64,000 nucleotides of DNA from Kofleriaceae bacterium (GTDB taxonomy: Bacteria > Myxococcota_A > Polyangia > Haliangiales > Haliangiaceae): contig JBKJLC010000301.1 in NCBI GenBank assembly GCA_046597055.1, forward strand, positions 44,229 through 108,228, read 5' to 3'. Of the stretch, positions 1 to 13,496 are shown piece after piece. The notes beneath the pieces are model-generated. The model ran no database searches. It was given only the letters and a program-made list of their open reading frames with translations, and was not told where the DNA came from. The translations under genes were made by a program, and so were the position numbers. Position 1 is the first letter of the stretch; each line of letters opens with the position of its first letter.

Positions 1-210
1 GCCAATGCGGGTCACCGTGCCAGCCGCTCCGCCGAAGTAGACCTTCACGTTGCGCGTGACGGTCCGGAAGCCCTGGCCGTGGATGGCGACCGTCTGGCCG
101 CCTTCGATATCGCCAGTCTGCGGCTCGATGCCGGTGACCTTCAGCGAGCCATCGTTTCCGCACGCCGCGAGGCCAAGCCCGAGCAGCACCGCAAGCATCG
201 ATGCCTTCAT
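1..210 (-). CDS. IPT/TIG-domain lipoprotein (runs off left edge)
   Basis: Not in the ORF track. Manual translation from ATG 210: MKASMLAVLLGLGLAACGNDGSLKVTGIEPQTGDIEGGQTVAIHGQGF...; lipobox LAAC and the IPT/TIG pattern 'V..I.P..G...GG..V.I.G.GF'. Confidence 0.8.
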   Translation of the reverse strand, partial: MKASMLAVLLGLGLAACGNDGSLKVTGIEPQTGDIEGGQTVAIHGQGFRTVTRNVKVYFGGAAGTVTRIG

Positions 211-253
211 CGGACCAGGCTACCGCGGTGTCGCACCGGCCAGCAAGGACAGC

Positions 254-1609
254 TCACATCATGTCCTTGCGCTGCAGGGCGCGGCGCATCTTTTCCAGCG
301 CCTGCTCCTGGAGCTGCCGGATCCGCTCGCGCGACAGATTGTACTTCTCCCCGATCTCCTTGAGCGTGAGCTCGTGCTCGGTCTCGAGCCCGAACCGCTG
401 CCGCAGGATGTCAGCTTCGATCGGGCGCAGCTCGCCCAGCACGGTCTTGATCTCGCTGGTCAGCGCGGCCAGCTCGAGGTCGGCGGTCGGCGAGACCTCC
501 TCCCGGTCGGGGTCCTCCAGGATCTCACCAAGGTTGCGGCCGTCCTCGTCACCGACCGGGCGGTCGATCGAGATCGACTGCTCGAGCACCCAGCGCCGCA
601 TGTTCTCGACCTTGTCGGCCGGCATCCCGGTGGTCTCGGCGAGCTCGGCGGTGGTCGGCTGACGGCCGAGCTTGGCGGTGAGCTCGCGCCGGGCCTTGGT
701 CAGGCGGTGGTGCGCGTCGATCATGTGGACCGGCAGCCGGATCTCGCGCCCCTTGTCGGCCAGGGCCCGGCTGATGGCATGACGGATCCACCAGCTCGCG
801 TAGGTGGAGAAGCGGAAGCCGCGACGGTAGTCGTAGCGCTCGACCGCCTTGATGAGGCCGAGGTTACCCTCCTGGATCAGATCGGCGAGCGACATGCGGC
901 CGTGGTTGAATCGGCGGGCGATGCTGATCACCAGGCGCAGGTTGGCCTTCACGAAGTCGTTGCGGGCCGAGGCCGCGCCGCGGGCCGCGCTCTCGACCCG
1001 ACGCAGCCACTCGGTGAACGCGCGCGAGCCCTTGATCGTGCGCGCCACCGGCAGGTAGCCGCGCTCGACCCGATCGACCCCGCCCAGCGCGGCGTCGACG
1101 AACAGCCGGTCTGCGTCGACCTCGCGCAGCTTGGTCGCGCAGCGGGTGACCGCCTTGTCGTAGCGCGCGCCGGCCGGCTTGGGCTCGGCCGCGATCTTGC
1201 GCATCGCCTTCACCTCGGCGAGGCCCGGCGCCAGCGCCTCGACCGCGTCGAGCACCACCGCCACCATCCCGGGATAGCCGAGCAGCTCGCTCCACACCGC
1301 CTGCTCGAGCGCCTCGATCGTCTGGGCGGCGGTGAACTCCTCCTCCGGTCGCAGCACGTGCAGCGACGCCATGTCGCGGAAGTACATCGTCAGGTAGCCC
1401 GACCCGTCGGTCTTGCTCGCCTTGCTGGCGCGCGCCGGGGTCGCGCGGGCGACCGGCTCGGCATCGGGGTCGGTATCGTTCGCGGGCGCATGCTGGGCCC
1501 GCTCGCGGTTCTTGGCCGCCATGCGGACCGCCCGCGGTGCGACTGCCCGCCGAGCGGCGGCAGACGGTCCCAGCTTGGCGTTCACAGAAACGGCAGCGCT
1601 GATCTTCAC
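254..1609 (-). CDS. RNA polymerase sigma-70 family factor (RpoD-like, no region 1.1)
   Basis: Region 1.2 (YLTMYFRDM), region 2 ([10 protein letters not shown]...[34 protein letters not shown]) and region 4 (TLKEIG...[14 protein letters not shown]). GTG 1609 chosen because AGGAGG lies 7 nt upstream. Confidence 0.93.
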   Translation of the reverse strand: MKISAAVSVNAKLGPSAAARRAVAPRAVRMAAKNRERAQHAPANDTDPDAEPVARATPARASKASKTDGSGYLTMYFRDMASLHVLRPEEEFTAAQTIEALEQAVWSELLGYPGMVAVVLDAVEALAPGLAEVKAMRKIAAEPKPAGARYDKAVTRCATKLREVDADRLFVDAALGGVDRVERGYLPVARTIKGSRAFTEWLRRVESAARGAASARNDFVKANLRLVISIARRFNHGRMSLADLIQEGNLGLIKAVERYDYRRGFRFSTYASWWIRHAISRALADKGREIRLPVHMIDAHHRLTKARRELTAKLGRQPTTAELAETTGMPADKVENMRRWVLEQSISIDRPVGDEDGRNLGEILEDPDREEVSPTADLELAALTSEIKTVLGELRPIEADILRQRFGLETEHELTLKEIGEKYNLSRERIRQLQEQALEKMRRALQRKDMM

Positions 1610-1904
1610 GGGCAATCCTCCTGGCCGGGTCGGCCGGCACGTACTGAGACGTCGGGGCGGGCGAAATGTTTTGCTGGAGTGCGAATCACCACCACGCCGC
1701 GTGCGCTCCCAACTGCTACCCCTGAGCGCGCTCCTCTATTCCAGGGACACCGGCGCAGCCGCGGTTGCGCACGGCAAACGTGATCGCGCTCGCAAGTTGC
1801 GGATCACCTGGGCCCGCGCACCTAGCAGAGTAGGCGGGGCCGATGTAGGCGACCGGGGTCGGGCCGGGTCGTCGTCACGCCGACACCGTCGGCACGACGG
1901 CAAA

Positions 1905-3862
<1,958 letters not shown>

Positions 3863-3866
<4 letters not shown>

Positions 3867-4741
3867 CGCATGCCTCCCGGGCCGCGCGCCGCGGGCGCGG
3901 CGGTCAGTGACTGGCCGCACATCACGACGGTGTCGTCCGCCAGCGGCAGGAGGGTCGGCGCGCCCGGCGGCAGCGCCAGGACGACCGTCGAGCCGAGCAG
4001 GAACGCGCCGACCTCGTCGCCGCGCTGGAGCTTGCCGGGCTGGGTGGCGTGGCGAGGCTCGCCGCCGCCGCGCCAGACCCGCGTGTCCTCGCCGAGATGC
4101 GTGAGCCAGATGTTGCCGACCGCGGTGGCGCTGACCATCACGATCGCGGCCGGCCCCCACCGGGTCTTGAGCTCGATCACGACCCGCTCGTTGACCGCGA
4201 GCAGGCGATCGACGTTGCGCGCGAACGGCCGGCTCACCGGCCAGCGCTGACCGGGGACGTAGTGGTAGCCGACCAGCTCGGCGTCGAACGGCGTGTGGAC
4301 CCGGTGGTAGTCACGCGGGGACAGGTAGACGGTCAGGAACTGACCGCCCGCCATCGAGCCGGCGAGACTCGGGACGGTCAGCAGCTCGGCGAGGCTGTAG
4401 TCGCGACCCTTGGCCTGGATCAGCATGCCGTCGACGATCGGCCCGACCGCCGCGACCGCGCCATCGCACGGCGAGACCACGGGCGCGTCGGCGACCGGCC
4501 GGGCCCCCGGCCGGAGGGTCCGTGCGAAGAAGTCACCGAAGCTCGGATACTCCGACAGGTCGGCGCCGACCTCGTCGAGGCGCGCGTCGACCGCGCGAGC
4601 AAACGCAGTGTAGAGCCGCTCGCGCAGGAGACGCGGGACATGCCGGCGCGCTCCCCACCCCACGAGCGTGGAGTAGAGCCCGGTCGGCGCCCAGCGAAGG
4701 GTGTCGACGGTGAAGCGTTCAGCGATCTGGGTCAGGTTCAC
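3863..4741 (-). CDS. psd: Phosphatidylserine decarboxylase proenzyme
   Basis: FF.R.L..G.RP, SPCDG, YLSPRDYHRVH, NER, and the LGST self-cleavage motif. Start taken at GTG 4741 (uncertain). Confidence 0.92.
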
Positions 4742-4921
4742 GCGGCGATGGTCCCCGAATGGGCCGCTCCCCTGGAAACCTGAAGAGTATAGGCCACGTG
4801 CAAGACGCGGCACAAGGCCTGCCGGAACCGCGCAGATTTGGCCCCGGTCCGAAACGCCGAACGGCGTCGCCGACCTACATCGGGACGCCGCTATCCGGCC
4901 TGGAACGCTGCTACGGAGCGA

Positions 4922-6334
4922 TCAGCAGTCGTAATAGAGGTAGAACTCGGAGGGGTGCGGCCGCAGCCGGATGTGGTCGATCTCGTTCTCGTGCTTGTAG
5001 GCGATCCACGTATCGAGGAGATCGGTGGAGAACACGTCGCCCTTGAGCAGGAAGGCGTGGTCGGCCCGCAGCGCGGCGAGCGACTGGTCGAGTGAGCCCG
5101 GCGCGGTCGGGACCTCGGCCAGCTCCTCGGGCGACAGCGAGTAGAGGTCCTTGTCGAACGGCTCGCCCGGGTGGATGCGGTTCTCGACGCCGTCGAGCCC
5201 GGCCAGCAGCATCGCCGCGAAGGCGAGGTACGGGTTGCAGCTCGGGTCGGGCGACCGCAGCTCGAGGCGCTTGGCCTTGGGCGACGGCGAGTACATCGGG
5301 ATGCGGATCGACGCCGACCGGTTGCGCGCCGAGTACGCCAGGTTGACCGGCGCCTCGTAGCCCGGGACCAGGCGGCGATAGCTGTTGGTGGTCGGGTTGG
5401 CGAACGCGCAGATCGCGCCGGCGTGCTTGAGCAGCCCGCCGATGTAGTAGAGCGCCATGTCCGACAGCCCTGCATAGCCGTCGCCCGCGAAGAGCGGCTT
5501 GCCACCCTTCCACAGCGACTGATGCGTGTGCATGCCGCTGCCGTTGTCGCCGAAGAGCGGCTTCGGCATGAACGTCGCCGTCTTGCCGTGCTGCTTGGAG
5601 ACGTTCTTGACGATGTGCTTGTACCACATGACCTGGTCGGCCATCTTGACAAGCTCGTCGTACTTCATGTCGATCTCGCACTGCCCCGCGGTCGCCACCT
5701 CGTGGTGGTGCGTCTCGACCTCGATGCCGACCGCCTGCATGGTCAGCACCATGAGGGTCCGGATGTCGGTCAGGGTGTCGACCGGCGCGGTCGGGAAGTA
5801 GCCGCCCTTGACCCGCGGCTTGTAGCCGAGGTTGCCGCCGGGCTCGGTGCGGTTGGTGTTCCAGGCGCCCTCGATCGAGTCGACCAGGTACGAGGACTGG
5901 TTCATCCCCTCCTGATAGCGGACCTCGTCGAACACGAAGAACTCGGCCTCGGGGCCGAAGTACGCCTTGTCGGCGAGCCCGGTCGACTCGAGGTAGCGGA
6001 CCGCGCGCTTCGCCAGGCTGCGCGGGCAGCGGCTGTACGGCTCGCGGGTGATCGGATCGACCGCGTCGCAGATCAACGACAGGGTCGGCGTGGCCAGGAA
6101 CGGCTCGATGACGCCGGTCGTGCCGTCCGGGATCATCAGCATGTCGGACGAGTTGATCGCCTTCCAGCCGCGGATCGACGAGCCGTCGAAGCCGAACCCG
6201 TTCTCGAGGCCATCCTCGAGTCGTTCGATCGGATAGGTGATGTGCTGCCAGGTGCCGAGGAAATCGACGAACTTGCAGTCGATCATCTTCGCGCCGTGCT
6301 TGGCGGAGTAATCCTTGAGGGCTTTCGCGTCCAT
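4922..6334 (-). CDS. glnA: Glutamine synthetase type I
   Basis: [43 protein letters not shown], and the adenylylation loop DKDLY. Confidence 0.98.
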   Translation of the reverse strand: MDAKALKDYSAKHGAKMIDCKFVDFLGTWQHITYPIERLEDGLENGFGFDGSSIRGWKAINSSDMLMIPDGTTGVIEPFLATPTLSLICDAVDPITREPYSRCPRSLAKRAVRYLESTGLADKAYFGPEAEFFVFDEVRYQEGMNQSSYLVDSIEGAWNTNRTEPGGNLGYKPRVKGGYFPTAPVDTLTDIRTLMVLTMQAVGIEVETHHHEVATAGQCEIDMKYDELVKMADQVMWYKHIVKNVSKQHGKTATFMPKPLFGDNGSGMHTHQSLWKGGKPLFAGDGYAGLSDMALYYIGGLLKHAGAICAFANPTTNSYRRLVPGYEAPVNLAYSARNRSASIRIPMYSPSPKAKRLELRSPDPSCNPYLAFAAMLLAGLDGVENRIHPGEPFDKDLYSLSPEELAEVPTAPGSLDQSLAALRADHAFLLKGDVFSTDLLDTWIAYKHENEIDHIRLRPHPSEFYLYYDC

Positions 6335-6421
6335 GGTCTTCGTTGATCTCCTGGTGGTCCGCAGTCGGCTGGGGCTAGGTGTTAGTTCGGGCGTGACGGG
6401 GTGCGTGGCAACGGGCGCGGA

Positions 6422-6856
<435 letters not shown>

Positions 6857-8611
6857 TCAGTTCCGCATGCGGGCGCGGAAGCGATCGATCTTCTTGTCGA
6901 ACGCGACTCGCTTCTCGGGAGTCGACAGGTAGCCGACCATGCTCGCGACGTCGGTCCACTCGCTCTCGAGGCGCGAGCCCATGCGCTTGCTGTACGCCTT
7001 GTACTCGCGGGTCGCGGCCTGGAACTTCGCGCGCAGGCTGGCGGCGTCGGGCGCGGTGGCGATCGGCTCGACCTGCTTGGGCGCGCGCTCGACCGGCCGA
7101 CGGGTGACCGCCGCGGTCGGCTTGCTCGGGCGCTCCCGGCCGGGCGTCGGGACCACCGCGACCGCCATCTCGATCTCCGGCTCCGGAGCCGGCTCGATCG
7201 CCGGCACCGGGGTGACCGTGGGCGCGGGCGCCGGCGCGGTGACCGCGGGAATCGCGGCCGGCGCGGCGACGGGCGGGCGGGCGTCGCTGCGGGTGAGCGC
7301 GATCGCCAGGCCGACCGCGAGGCCGGCCGTGCCGAACAGGACGATCGCGCCGACGTTGCGGCGGCGGCGCCGGCGGGCCCGCGCGGTGGCGTCGTCACCG
7401 GTGATGCCGGCGACCACGACGGTCTGGCGGGCCGACCGCCGGCCCAGGCGCGGGATCATCTGGGTCGGCGGCTGGTAGAGGGGCATGTTCGCCAGCGCGA
7501 ACGACACCGTCGCCACCGACTGGGTGGTCAGCTGCTGCTCGAAGTCGGCGAGGTGCGCGGCCGCGGCCCGGTCGAGCAACTCGCGCTGCTGCACCATCTC
7601 GGCGGCGAACAGCTCGCGCAGGAACAGGCCGAGATGATCGGTCGACAGGGTCGGGTTGAGCGCCACCAGCGCGGCCTGGATCGCGTCGCGCAGCTCGGCC
7701 GCGGTCTGGAAGCGATCCTCGGGCTTGGGCCGCAGGGTGCGGGCGACCAGCGGGTCGAACGCCTTGAGCGTGAGGTCGTGCTGCGACGGCAGGCGGTGCT
7801 CGCCCTTGACGACCAGGCGGGCGAGCGCGCGGTAGTCCGGGTTGTCGCTGACCTCGTAGAGCCGCTCGCCGGTGAGCAGCTCGTAGAGCACGACGCCGGT
7901 CGCGTAGATGTCGGTGCGGGCGTCGACCACGCCGCCGCGCACGAGCTGCTCGGGCGCCATGTAACCGAACTTGCCGAAGCCCATCTTGGGATCGGTCGCG
8001 GTCGCGCGCATCGCGCTCTTGGCGATGCCGAAGTCGATGATCTTGGTCTCGCCCTCGAACGACACGACCACGTTGGGCGGCGAGATGTCGCAATGGACCA
8101 GCTGCAGCGACGCGCCGTCGGGGCTGGTCCGACGGTGGGCGTAGGCGAGGCCGTTGGCCATCTCGCGGGCAACGAACAGGGCCAGGTCGGCCGGGACCCG
8201 GCGGTGCTGGCGCTGCAGGATAGTGAGGATGCGGCGCAGATCCCGGCCCTCGACGTACTCGAGCGCCAGGAAGTATTCGTCGCCGACCCGCCCGACCTCG
8301 AAGACCTGGGCGACGTTGACGTGCTGCAGCTTGATCGCGACCTGGGCCTCGTCGATGAAGCGCGAGATGAACTGCTCGTCCTCCGACAGGCTCGGCAGCA
8401 CCTTCTTGATCACGCACAGCTTCTCGAACCCGGCCAGGCCGTGCTTGGCGAGGAAGATCTCGCCCATGCCGCCCCGCGACAGGCGCTGGATCAGCAGGTA
8501 GCGGCCGAACACCGCGGGCAAGCCGGGATCGATCGCCCGCGGCCCGGTGGCGTCGACCGAGCCCTCGCTGGAGGTTCCCGAGGTGTGGAGGCTGGGGGCG
8601 GCGACGGACAT
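6857..8611 (-). CDS. Membrane Ser/Thr protein kinase (Hanks type)
   Basis: LSRGGMGEIF, VIKK, HCDISPPN, DFG and YMAPEQ, then one TM segment and a Pro-rich tail. ATG 8611; the upstream part of the listed ORF is antisense to a + strand gene. Confidence 0.93.
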   Translation of the reverse strand: MSVAAPSLHTSGTSSEGSVDATGPRAIDPGLPAVFGRYLLIQRLSRGGMGEIFLAKHGLAGFEKLCVIKKVLPSLSEDEQFISRFIDEAQVAIKLQHVNVAQVFEVGRVGDEYFLALEYVEGRDLRRILTILQRQHRRVPADLALFVAREMANGLAYAHRRTSPDGASLQLVHCDISPPNVVVSFEGETKIIDFGIAKSAMRATATDPKMGFGKFGYMAPEQLVRGGVVDARTDIYATGVVLYELLTGERLYEVSDNPDYRALARLVVKGEHRLPSQHDLTLKAFDPLVARTLRPKPEDRFQTAAELRDAIQAALVALNPTLSTDHLGLFLRELFAAEMVQQRELLDRAAAAHLADFEQQLTTQSVATVSFALANMPLYQPPTQMIPRLGRRSARQTVVVAGITGDDATARARRRRRRNVGAIVLFGTAGLAVGLAIALTRSDARPPVAAPAAIPAVTAPAPAPTVTPVPAIEPAPEPEIEMAVAVVPTPGRERPSKPTAAVTRRPVERAPKQVEPIATAPDAASLRAKFQAATREYKAYSKRMGSRLESEWTDVASMVGYLSTPEKRVAFDKKIDRFRARMRN

Positions 8612-8752
8612 TCGCGAACGGGCGATGGGACCCGAGGCGCCCAAGTTTGCCAGAGCCGCCGGCCCGGCGGGAAGGAATCCGCCATCGACCTGGCAGGTTC
8701 CGGGGGCTTTCGCATACCTACGCAGCGGCGAGGTCGTGATAGCGTCTCGCCC

Positions 8753-10387
8753 GTGCGAGGCTCCGCCGGGTTCCTGGTGCTCTGCACCGCCGCTGCGTGC
8801 GGGTCCGGTTCGGTCGAGGTCGTCCTCGACCGGCCCCGGGCCGCCGAGGCGCAGCTCGAGCCGGCGGCGACCGTGGTCCTGCGCGCCGAGCGGTTCGATG
8901 CCGACGACGTCGTGCTGACCGCCACCGTGAACGACGACGCGGTGAGCTTCGGCGACCTGCCGCTCGGCGACTATCACGCGATGTCGGTCGAGCTGTTCGG
9001 CCCGACCGGCGCCAGCGTGGGCTACGGACGGGCCAGCGAGCCGGTCGACGTCACCTTCGAGGGCAACCAGGTCGTGCACGTGCCGATCCGACGGCCGCGC
9101 GTGTACCTGGCGGGTCCGTCCCCAGGCCGGATGATCGAGGCCCCGCTGGTCGCGCCCGCGGCGCGGCTGATCCGCATGGATCGCGGCGGGGCCGGCCTCG
9201 ACGTCGACGTGGTCAATCTGCCGGCCGCGACCGCGCTGATCGCGGCGGCCGGGCCCGACATGTTCGTGGCCGCGGGCGGGCGCGTGTTCCGGCTCGACAG
9301 CTCGACCGACACGTTCGACATGTCGCCGATGGTCGATGTGGGGGCGGAGATTCGCGACCTGGCCGGGACCGCCGACGGCATGTACCTGGTCGCGGGCAGC
9401 GACAGCGGTCTGCACGTGATCGACGTGGTCGCGCGCTCGGTCGGAACCCTGAGCCCGGGTGGCCCGGTCGACGCGGTCGCCACCGCGATCGGCCCCGGCG
9501 GTCAGGTGATCGCGATCGCGCTGCTCGGCGGCGTACGTCCGCCGATGTCGTGCACCGGCGCCGCGTCGCGGCTGTTCGTGTCGGGGCTCGGCGACAGCGA
9601 GACCGCAGGCCGCACGATCGATCTGGGCGGCGGCGTCTCCGACATCGCGGCGGCGCCGGGCCGGCCCCTGGTGGTCGCGGCCGACTACTGTCGCGATCGG
9701 GTGACCGTGGTCGACCTGACCACCGACGCGGTGTGGGGCACGGTCGAGGGCGTCAAGTCGCCGACCGCGGTGACCGCCACCGACACCCAGGCGTGGGCGG
9801 TGGGCTCGATCCCGGGCATCGTGGCGAATCCCGCCACCATCGAGGAGAACGTCGACCGCGGCGCCCATCACCAGCTCGTCGTGATGGACATGACCGGCGC
9901 GACGGTGACCGGACGGACCACCGATCTGCCGGAGATCGCGCAGCTCATCATCCCGTCGGACGACCCGGGCGCTTCGCTGGCGCAGAACGCGCGGGCCAAG
10001 CGCGCGACCGCGTCGGCGCTGTCGCTGTCGGCGCGGGGCGATCAGCTGCTCTTGTCGAGCAACGCCGTCCACCGGGTGCAGCAGGTCACGATCACCGACA
10101 GCATCTTCGGCGTGCAGGGGGTGTTCCCGCCGATGACCGTCCACACCAGCCAGCAGTACGTGATCTCGACCTCGACCGGCGCGACCGAGCAGATGATCGC
10201 GACCCGCTGCAAGGTGTGCACCGCCGACAGCCACACCGCGGGCCTCGACTTCGGCGAGGGCTGCGGCGCCAACCCGCAGGAGTGGGGCTACGCGATGTGG
10301 GGATGCGCGCCTTCGGGCAGCGTCATGGGCGTGGTCGGCGTGGACTTCGAGGCGGGAGCCAGCGCGGCCCTGTACGGACGACCGTGA
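8753..10387 (+). CDS. Lipoprotein with probable beta-propeller domain
   Basis: GTG 8753, lipobox-like AAAC, repeated 'D.A...DG..L.....V.VID' blades. Confidence 0.7.
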   Translation: MRGSAGFLVLCTAAACGSGSVEVVLDRPRAAEAQLEPAATVVLRAERFDADDVVLTATVNDDAVSFGDLPLGDYHAMSVELFGPTGASVGYGRASEPVDVTFEGNQVVHVPIRRPRVYLAGPSPGRMIEAPLVAPAARLIRMDRGGAGLDVDVVNLPAATALIAAAGPDMFVAAGGRVFRLDSSTDTFDMSPMVDVGAEIRDLAGTADGMYLVAGSDSGLHVIDVVARSVGTLSPGGPVDAVATAIGPGGQVIAIALLGGVRPPMSCTGAASRLFVSGLGDSETAGRTIDLGGGVSDIAAAPGRPLVVAADYCRDRVTVVDLTTDAVWGTVEGVKSPTAVTATDTQAWAVGSIPGIVANPATIEENVDRGAHHQLVVMDMTGATVTGRTTDLPEIAQLIIPSDDPGASLAQNARAKRATASALSLSARGDQLLLSSNAVHRVQQVTITDSIFGVQGVFPPMTVHTSQQYVISTSTGATEQMIATRCKVCTADSHTAGLDFGEGCGANPQEWGYAMWGCAPSGSVMGVVGVDFEAGASAALYGRP

Positions 10388-11229
10388 CCCTGAGCGGCCG
10401 CGCGCTGGCCGGCCTCGGGTGCCTGGCGATCATCGTGAGCAGCGGCGGGCCGGCGCGGGCCGACGACCCGAAGCGCGCGGTCGCGGTGCTCGAGTTCCGC
10501 AACGACTCGTCGGCCCTGCCCGCGGTCGGGACCAAGTTCGTGGCGGCGCTGGCGACCCGGACCTCGCTGAAGGTGCTCGGCGACGATCAGGCCCGGCAGC
10601 GCTACGGCAGCGGGCTCGACGGCGACGTCGTGAAGTGCGACGGCGACGCGCAGTGCATCGGCGCCATCGGCAAGCGCCTCGGCGTTGCCGAGGTCGTGCT
10701 GGTCGGCGTCAGCGAGCTGGGCGACGTGATCCTCTCGGTCCAGCGGGTGGAGAGCGGCAGCGGCAAGGTGCTCGGCCGGCTCGCCGAGGCGCTCGCCGCC
10801 GACGCCGACCCCGTGGAGGGCGAGCTGGTGGGGTATCTCGAGCGAGTGCTGCCGCCCGAAGACTTCGTCCGGTTCGGCATGATCGCGATCAAGGTCAACG
10901 TGGCCGGCGCCGACATCACGGTCGGGGGTCAGCGCCGCGGCACCTCGCCGCTCGCCGCGATCCGGTTGCCGGCGCCGTCGCGCTACGACATCGACGTGCG
11001 CAAGGCCGGCTATCAGCCGTTTCACGCCGAGGTCCGGGTGCCGCCTGATGGCGAGATCAACGTGATCGCACAGCTGATCCGGCCCGGCCAGGGCGGCGGC
11101 AGCGGCGCCTGGTACACGCGGTGGTGGGTGTCGGCCGCGGCCGGGGTGGTCGTGGTCGGCGCCGTGACGACCGGCTTCGTGCTGACCCGCGATCGCGACA
11201 GCGTGCCGGCCGGCGGCCACTTCGAGTAG
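10384..11229 (+). CDS. Secreted/anchored PEGA-domain protein
   Basis: GTGA overlap with the upstream gene; signal peptide (ARA|DD); PEGA pattern 'GADITVGG..RGTSPL....Y.I.V.KAGY'; C-terminal WY.RWW plus hydrophobic segment typical of myxobacterial PEGA proteins. Confidence 0.82.
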   Translation: MTLSGRALAGLGCLAIIVSSGGPARADDPKRAVAVLEFRNDSSALPAVGTKFVAALATRTSLKVLGDDQARQRYGSGLDGDVVKCDGDAQCIGAIGKRLGVAEVVLVGVSELGDVILSVQRVESGSGKVLGRLAEALAADADPVEGELVGYLERVLPPEDFVRFGMIAIKVNVAGADITVGGQRRGTSPLAAIRLPAPSRYDIDVRKAGYQPFHAEVRVPPDGEINVIAQLIRPGQGGGSGAWYTRWWVSAAAGVVVVGAVTTGFVLTRDRDSVPAGGHFE

Positions 11230-11251
11230 AGCCGCGGCGCCTCGGCTCGGA

Positions 11252-11416
11252 TCAGTACGTCGCGAGCATGCGCTTGAGCAGCAGGCTGACGCGAACCGGG
11301 CGGGGGCGCTCGCTGGGCGCGACCTGCGCGGCAGCCTGGGCCGGGGCGACGTCCAGTGTCGCGACGATGTCGGCCGGGTCGACGGGGATGGGCGGAGGCA
11401 CGGGAGGGCGACTCAT
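11252..11416 (-). CDS. Possible small hypothetical protein (54 aa)
   Basis: Fills an otherwise empty gap; ATG 11416 gives MSRPPVPPPIPVDPADIVATLD...; no recognisable motif. Confidence 0.3.
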   Translation of the reverse strand: MSRPPVPPPIPVDPADIVATLDVAPAQAAAQVAPSERPRPVRVSLLLKRMLATY

Positions 11417-11571
11417 GACCGGACGAGAAGCATCGACCGTGCCGACATGTGCATTCGCACCCTTGCGTCGCTCGCGTGCGGCGCTCGCGCACGGTGGGCG
11501 ACGACGCTCGCGTTCATGCGCGTCTCCCTGAGCAGTTCCTGGCTGGCCGGTCGCTTGCACCATGTCGCGAC

Positions 11572-12396
11572 ATGCGATGGGACCGATCTCACAACAGCCC
11601 GAACCTCGAAGACCGACGCGGCATGGGCCCGGCCCGGGGGGTCGGCGGCATGGGCGGCATGAACGTCCTCGGCATCATCTCGATGCTGTCGCGCTTCGGC
11701 TGGAAAGGGATCCTGATCGGGATCGTCATCGCCGGCTTCCTGATGTTCGGCGGTGGCAACCTGTGCGCCGGCGGCGGCGGTGGCTCCCAGGCGGTGGGCC
11801 CCCAAAAGACCACGCCCGCGCAGGACGAGCAGGCGAAGTTCGTCGGCTACGTCTTCGATGACATCCAGGACAGCTGGGCCAAGGCGCGACCGGGCTACCA
11901 GCCGGCGAAGATCATCGTGTTCACCGGCGCGGTCGAGTCCGCCTGTGGCACGACCTCGTCGGCCGTCGGTCCGTTCTATTGCCCGACCGATCAGCGCGTG
12001 TACATCGATCTGCAGTTCTACAGCGAGCTGTCGAAGCGCTTCGGGGCCCCTGGCGACTTCGCGCAGGCCTACGTGATCGCCCACGAGATCGGCCACCACC
12101 TGCAGCAGCAGGCGGGCGTGCTCGGCGGCGGCGCGAGCGATGCGATCGCGGTCGAGCTGCAGGCCGATTGCCTGGCCGGCGTCTGGGGCAAATCGGCCGA
12201 GGCCCGCGGCAAGCTCGAAATCGGCGACGTCGACGAGGCGCTCGGCGCGGCCTCGGCCATTGGCGACGACAAGATCCAGCAGAAGACCCAGGGCCGGATC
12301 CAGCCCGAGACCTGGACCCACGGCTCCGCTGCCCAGCGCAGCGCGGCCTGGCGAAAGGGCTACAAGGGCGGGACGGCCGAGACCTGCGGGCTGTGA
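11572..12396 (+). CDS. Neutral zinc metallopeptidase (YpfJ family)
   Basis: MRW...S.NLEDRR start, SACG...VGPFYCP, AHEIGHH (HExxH), ELQADC, THGS. Confidence 0.92.
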   Translation: MRWDRSHNSPNLEDRRGMGPARGVGGMGGMNVLGIISMLSRFGWKGILIGIVIAGFLMFGGGNLCAGGGGGSQAVGPQKTTPAQDEQAKFVGYVFDDIQDSWAKARPGYQPAKIIVFTGAVESACGTTSSAVGPFYCPTDQRVYIDLQFYSELSKRFGAPGDFAQAYVIAHEIGHHLQQQAGVLGGGASDAIAVELQADCLAGVWGKSAEARGKLEIGDVDEALGAASAIGDDKIQQKTQGRIQPETWTHGSAAQRSAAWRKGYKGGTAETCGL

Positions 12397-12438
12397 GCCC
12401 CTCGGGGCCCGGCCAGGGGTGCTAGGGTCCCCGCCGTC

Positions 12439-13038
12439 ATGCGCCCACGCTCGGCTCGCTTCGTTATCTCCGCGTCGCGTCCCGAAGAGTTCCCGACCGC
12501 CGACCTGCCCGAGGTCGCGTTCGCCGGCCGCAGCAACGTCGGCAAGTCCTCGCTGATCAACACGCTGGCTGGGACCGAAGGGCTGGCGCGCACCTCGCGC
12601 ACCCCGGGTCGGACCCGGCTGCTCAACTGGTTCCGGATCGACCCGATGAAGGGCAAGCCGCTCTACTTCGTCGACCTGCCCGGCTACGGCTACGCAGCGG
12701 TCGATCGCGGCATGCGCGAGTCGTGGCGTCCCCTGATGGAGCGCTACCTGTCCGACCGCCCGGCCCTGCGCGCGGTCGTGCTGCTGATCGACATCCGGCG
12801 CGGCCCCGAGGACGAGGAGCTCGACTTCGCGCCGTGGCTGATGGAGCGCGGCATCACCGTCATCCCGGTGATCACCAAGGTCGACAAGCTGGGCAAGGCG
12901 CAGCGGCTGCCGATCGCGAGCAGGGTCCGCAAGGAGCTCGGGCTCAAGCGCGATCCGGTGCTGTTCTCGGCCAGCGAGGGCCTGGGCATCGACGAGCTGT
13001 GGCGTCCGATCCTGCGGGCGGTCGAGACCCCGGCATGA
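12439..13038 (+). CDS. engB: Ribosome biogenesis GTPase YihA/EngB
   Basis: EVAFAGRSNVGKSSLIN, TSRTPGRT, DLPGYGYA, TKVDK. Confidence 0.96.
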   Translation: MRPRSARFVISASRPEEFPTADLPEVAFAGRSNVGKSSLINTLAGTEGLARTSRTPGRTRLLNWFRIDPMKGKPLYFVDLPGYGYAAVDRGMRESWRPLMERYLSDRPALRAVVLLIDIRRGPEDEELDFAPWLMERGITVIPVITKVDKLGKAQRLPIASRVRKELGLKRDPVLFSASEGLGIDELWRPILRAVETPA

Positions 13039-13475
13039 CCCTGGTCGTCGTCGCGGCGACCGCCGACGACCTCGACGCCATCGACGAGATCTCGCGCCAC
13101 TCGTTCCGCGCGCCGTGGCCGCGCCGCATGTTCGAGGAGGAGCTCGAGCGCCCGCACGGCCGCCTCGACGTCGCGCGCGACGGCCACCGCGTGCTCGGCT
13201 ACGTGAACTACTGGCTGGTGGTCGACGAGCTGCACCTGCTGGCGATCGCGACTCACCCCGACGTCCGGCGCGGCGGAGTTGGCGCCGTGATGATGGAGCG
13301 CGTGCTGAGCTGCGCCGCCACGGGCGGTAGCCGCCTGATCACGCTCGAGGTGCGGGCCGGCAACCAGCCCGCCCGCCGGCTCTACGACCGGTTCGGCTTC
13401 GGCGTGGTGAGCCTTCGTCGCGGCTACTACGGCGACGACGGAGAGGACGCCGTGGTGATGACCCGCACGCTGTGA
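13035..13475 (+). CDS. rimI: Ribosomal protein alanine N-acetyltransferase RimI
   Basis: ATGA overlap with engB; SF..PW, ELHLLAIA.HP..RRGGVG, TLEVR..N..A..LY, YY...EDA. Confidence 0.9.
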   Translation: MTLVVVAATADDLDAIDEISRHSFRAPWPRRMFEEELERPHGRLDVARDGHRVLGYVNYWLVVDELHLLAIATHPDVRRGGVGAVMMERVLSCAATGGSRLITLEVRAGNQPARRLYDRFGFGVVSLRRGYYGDDGEDAVVMTRTL

Positions 13476-13496
13476 GCCGCGTGCGGATCACGCCGC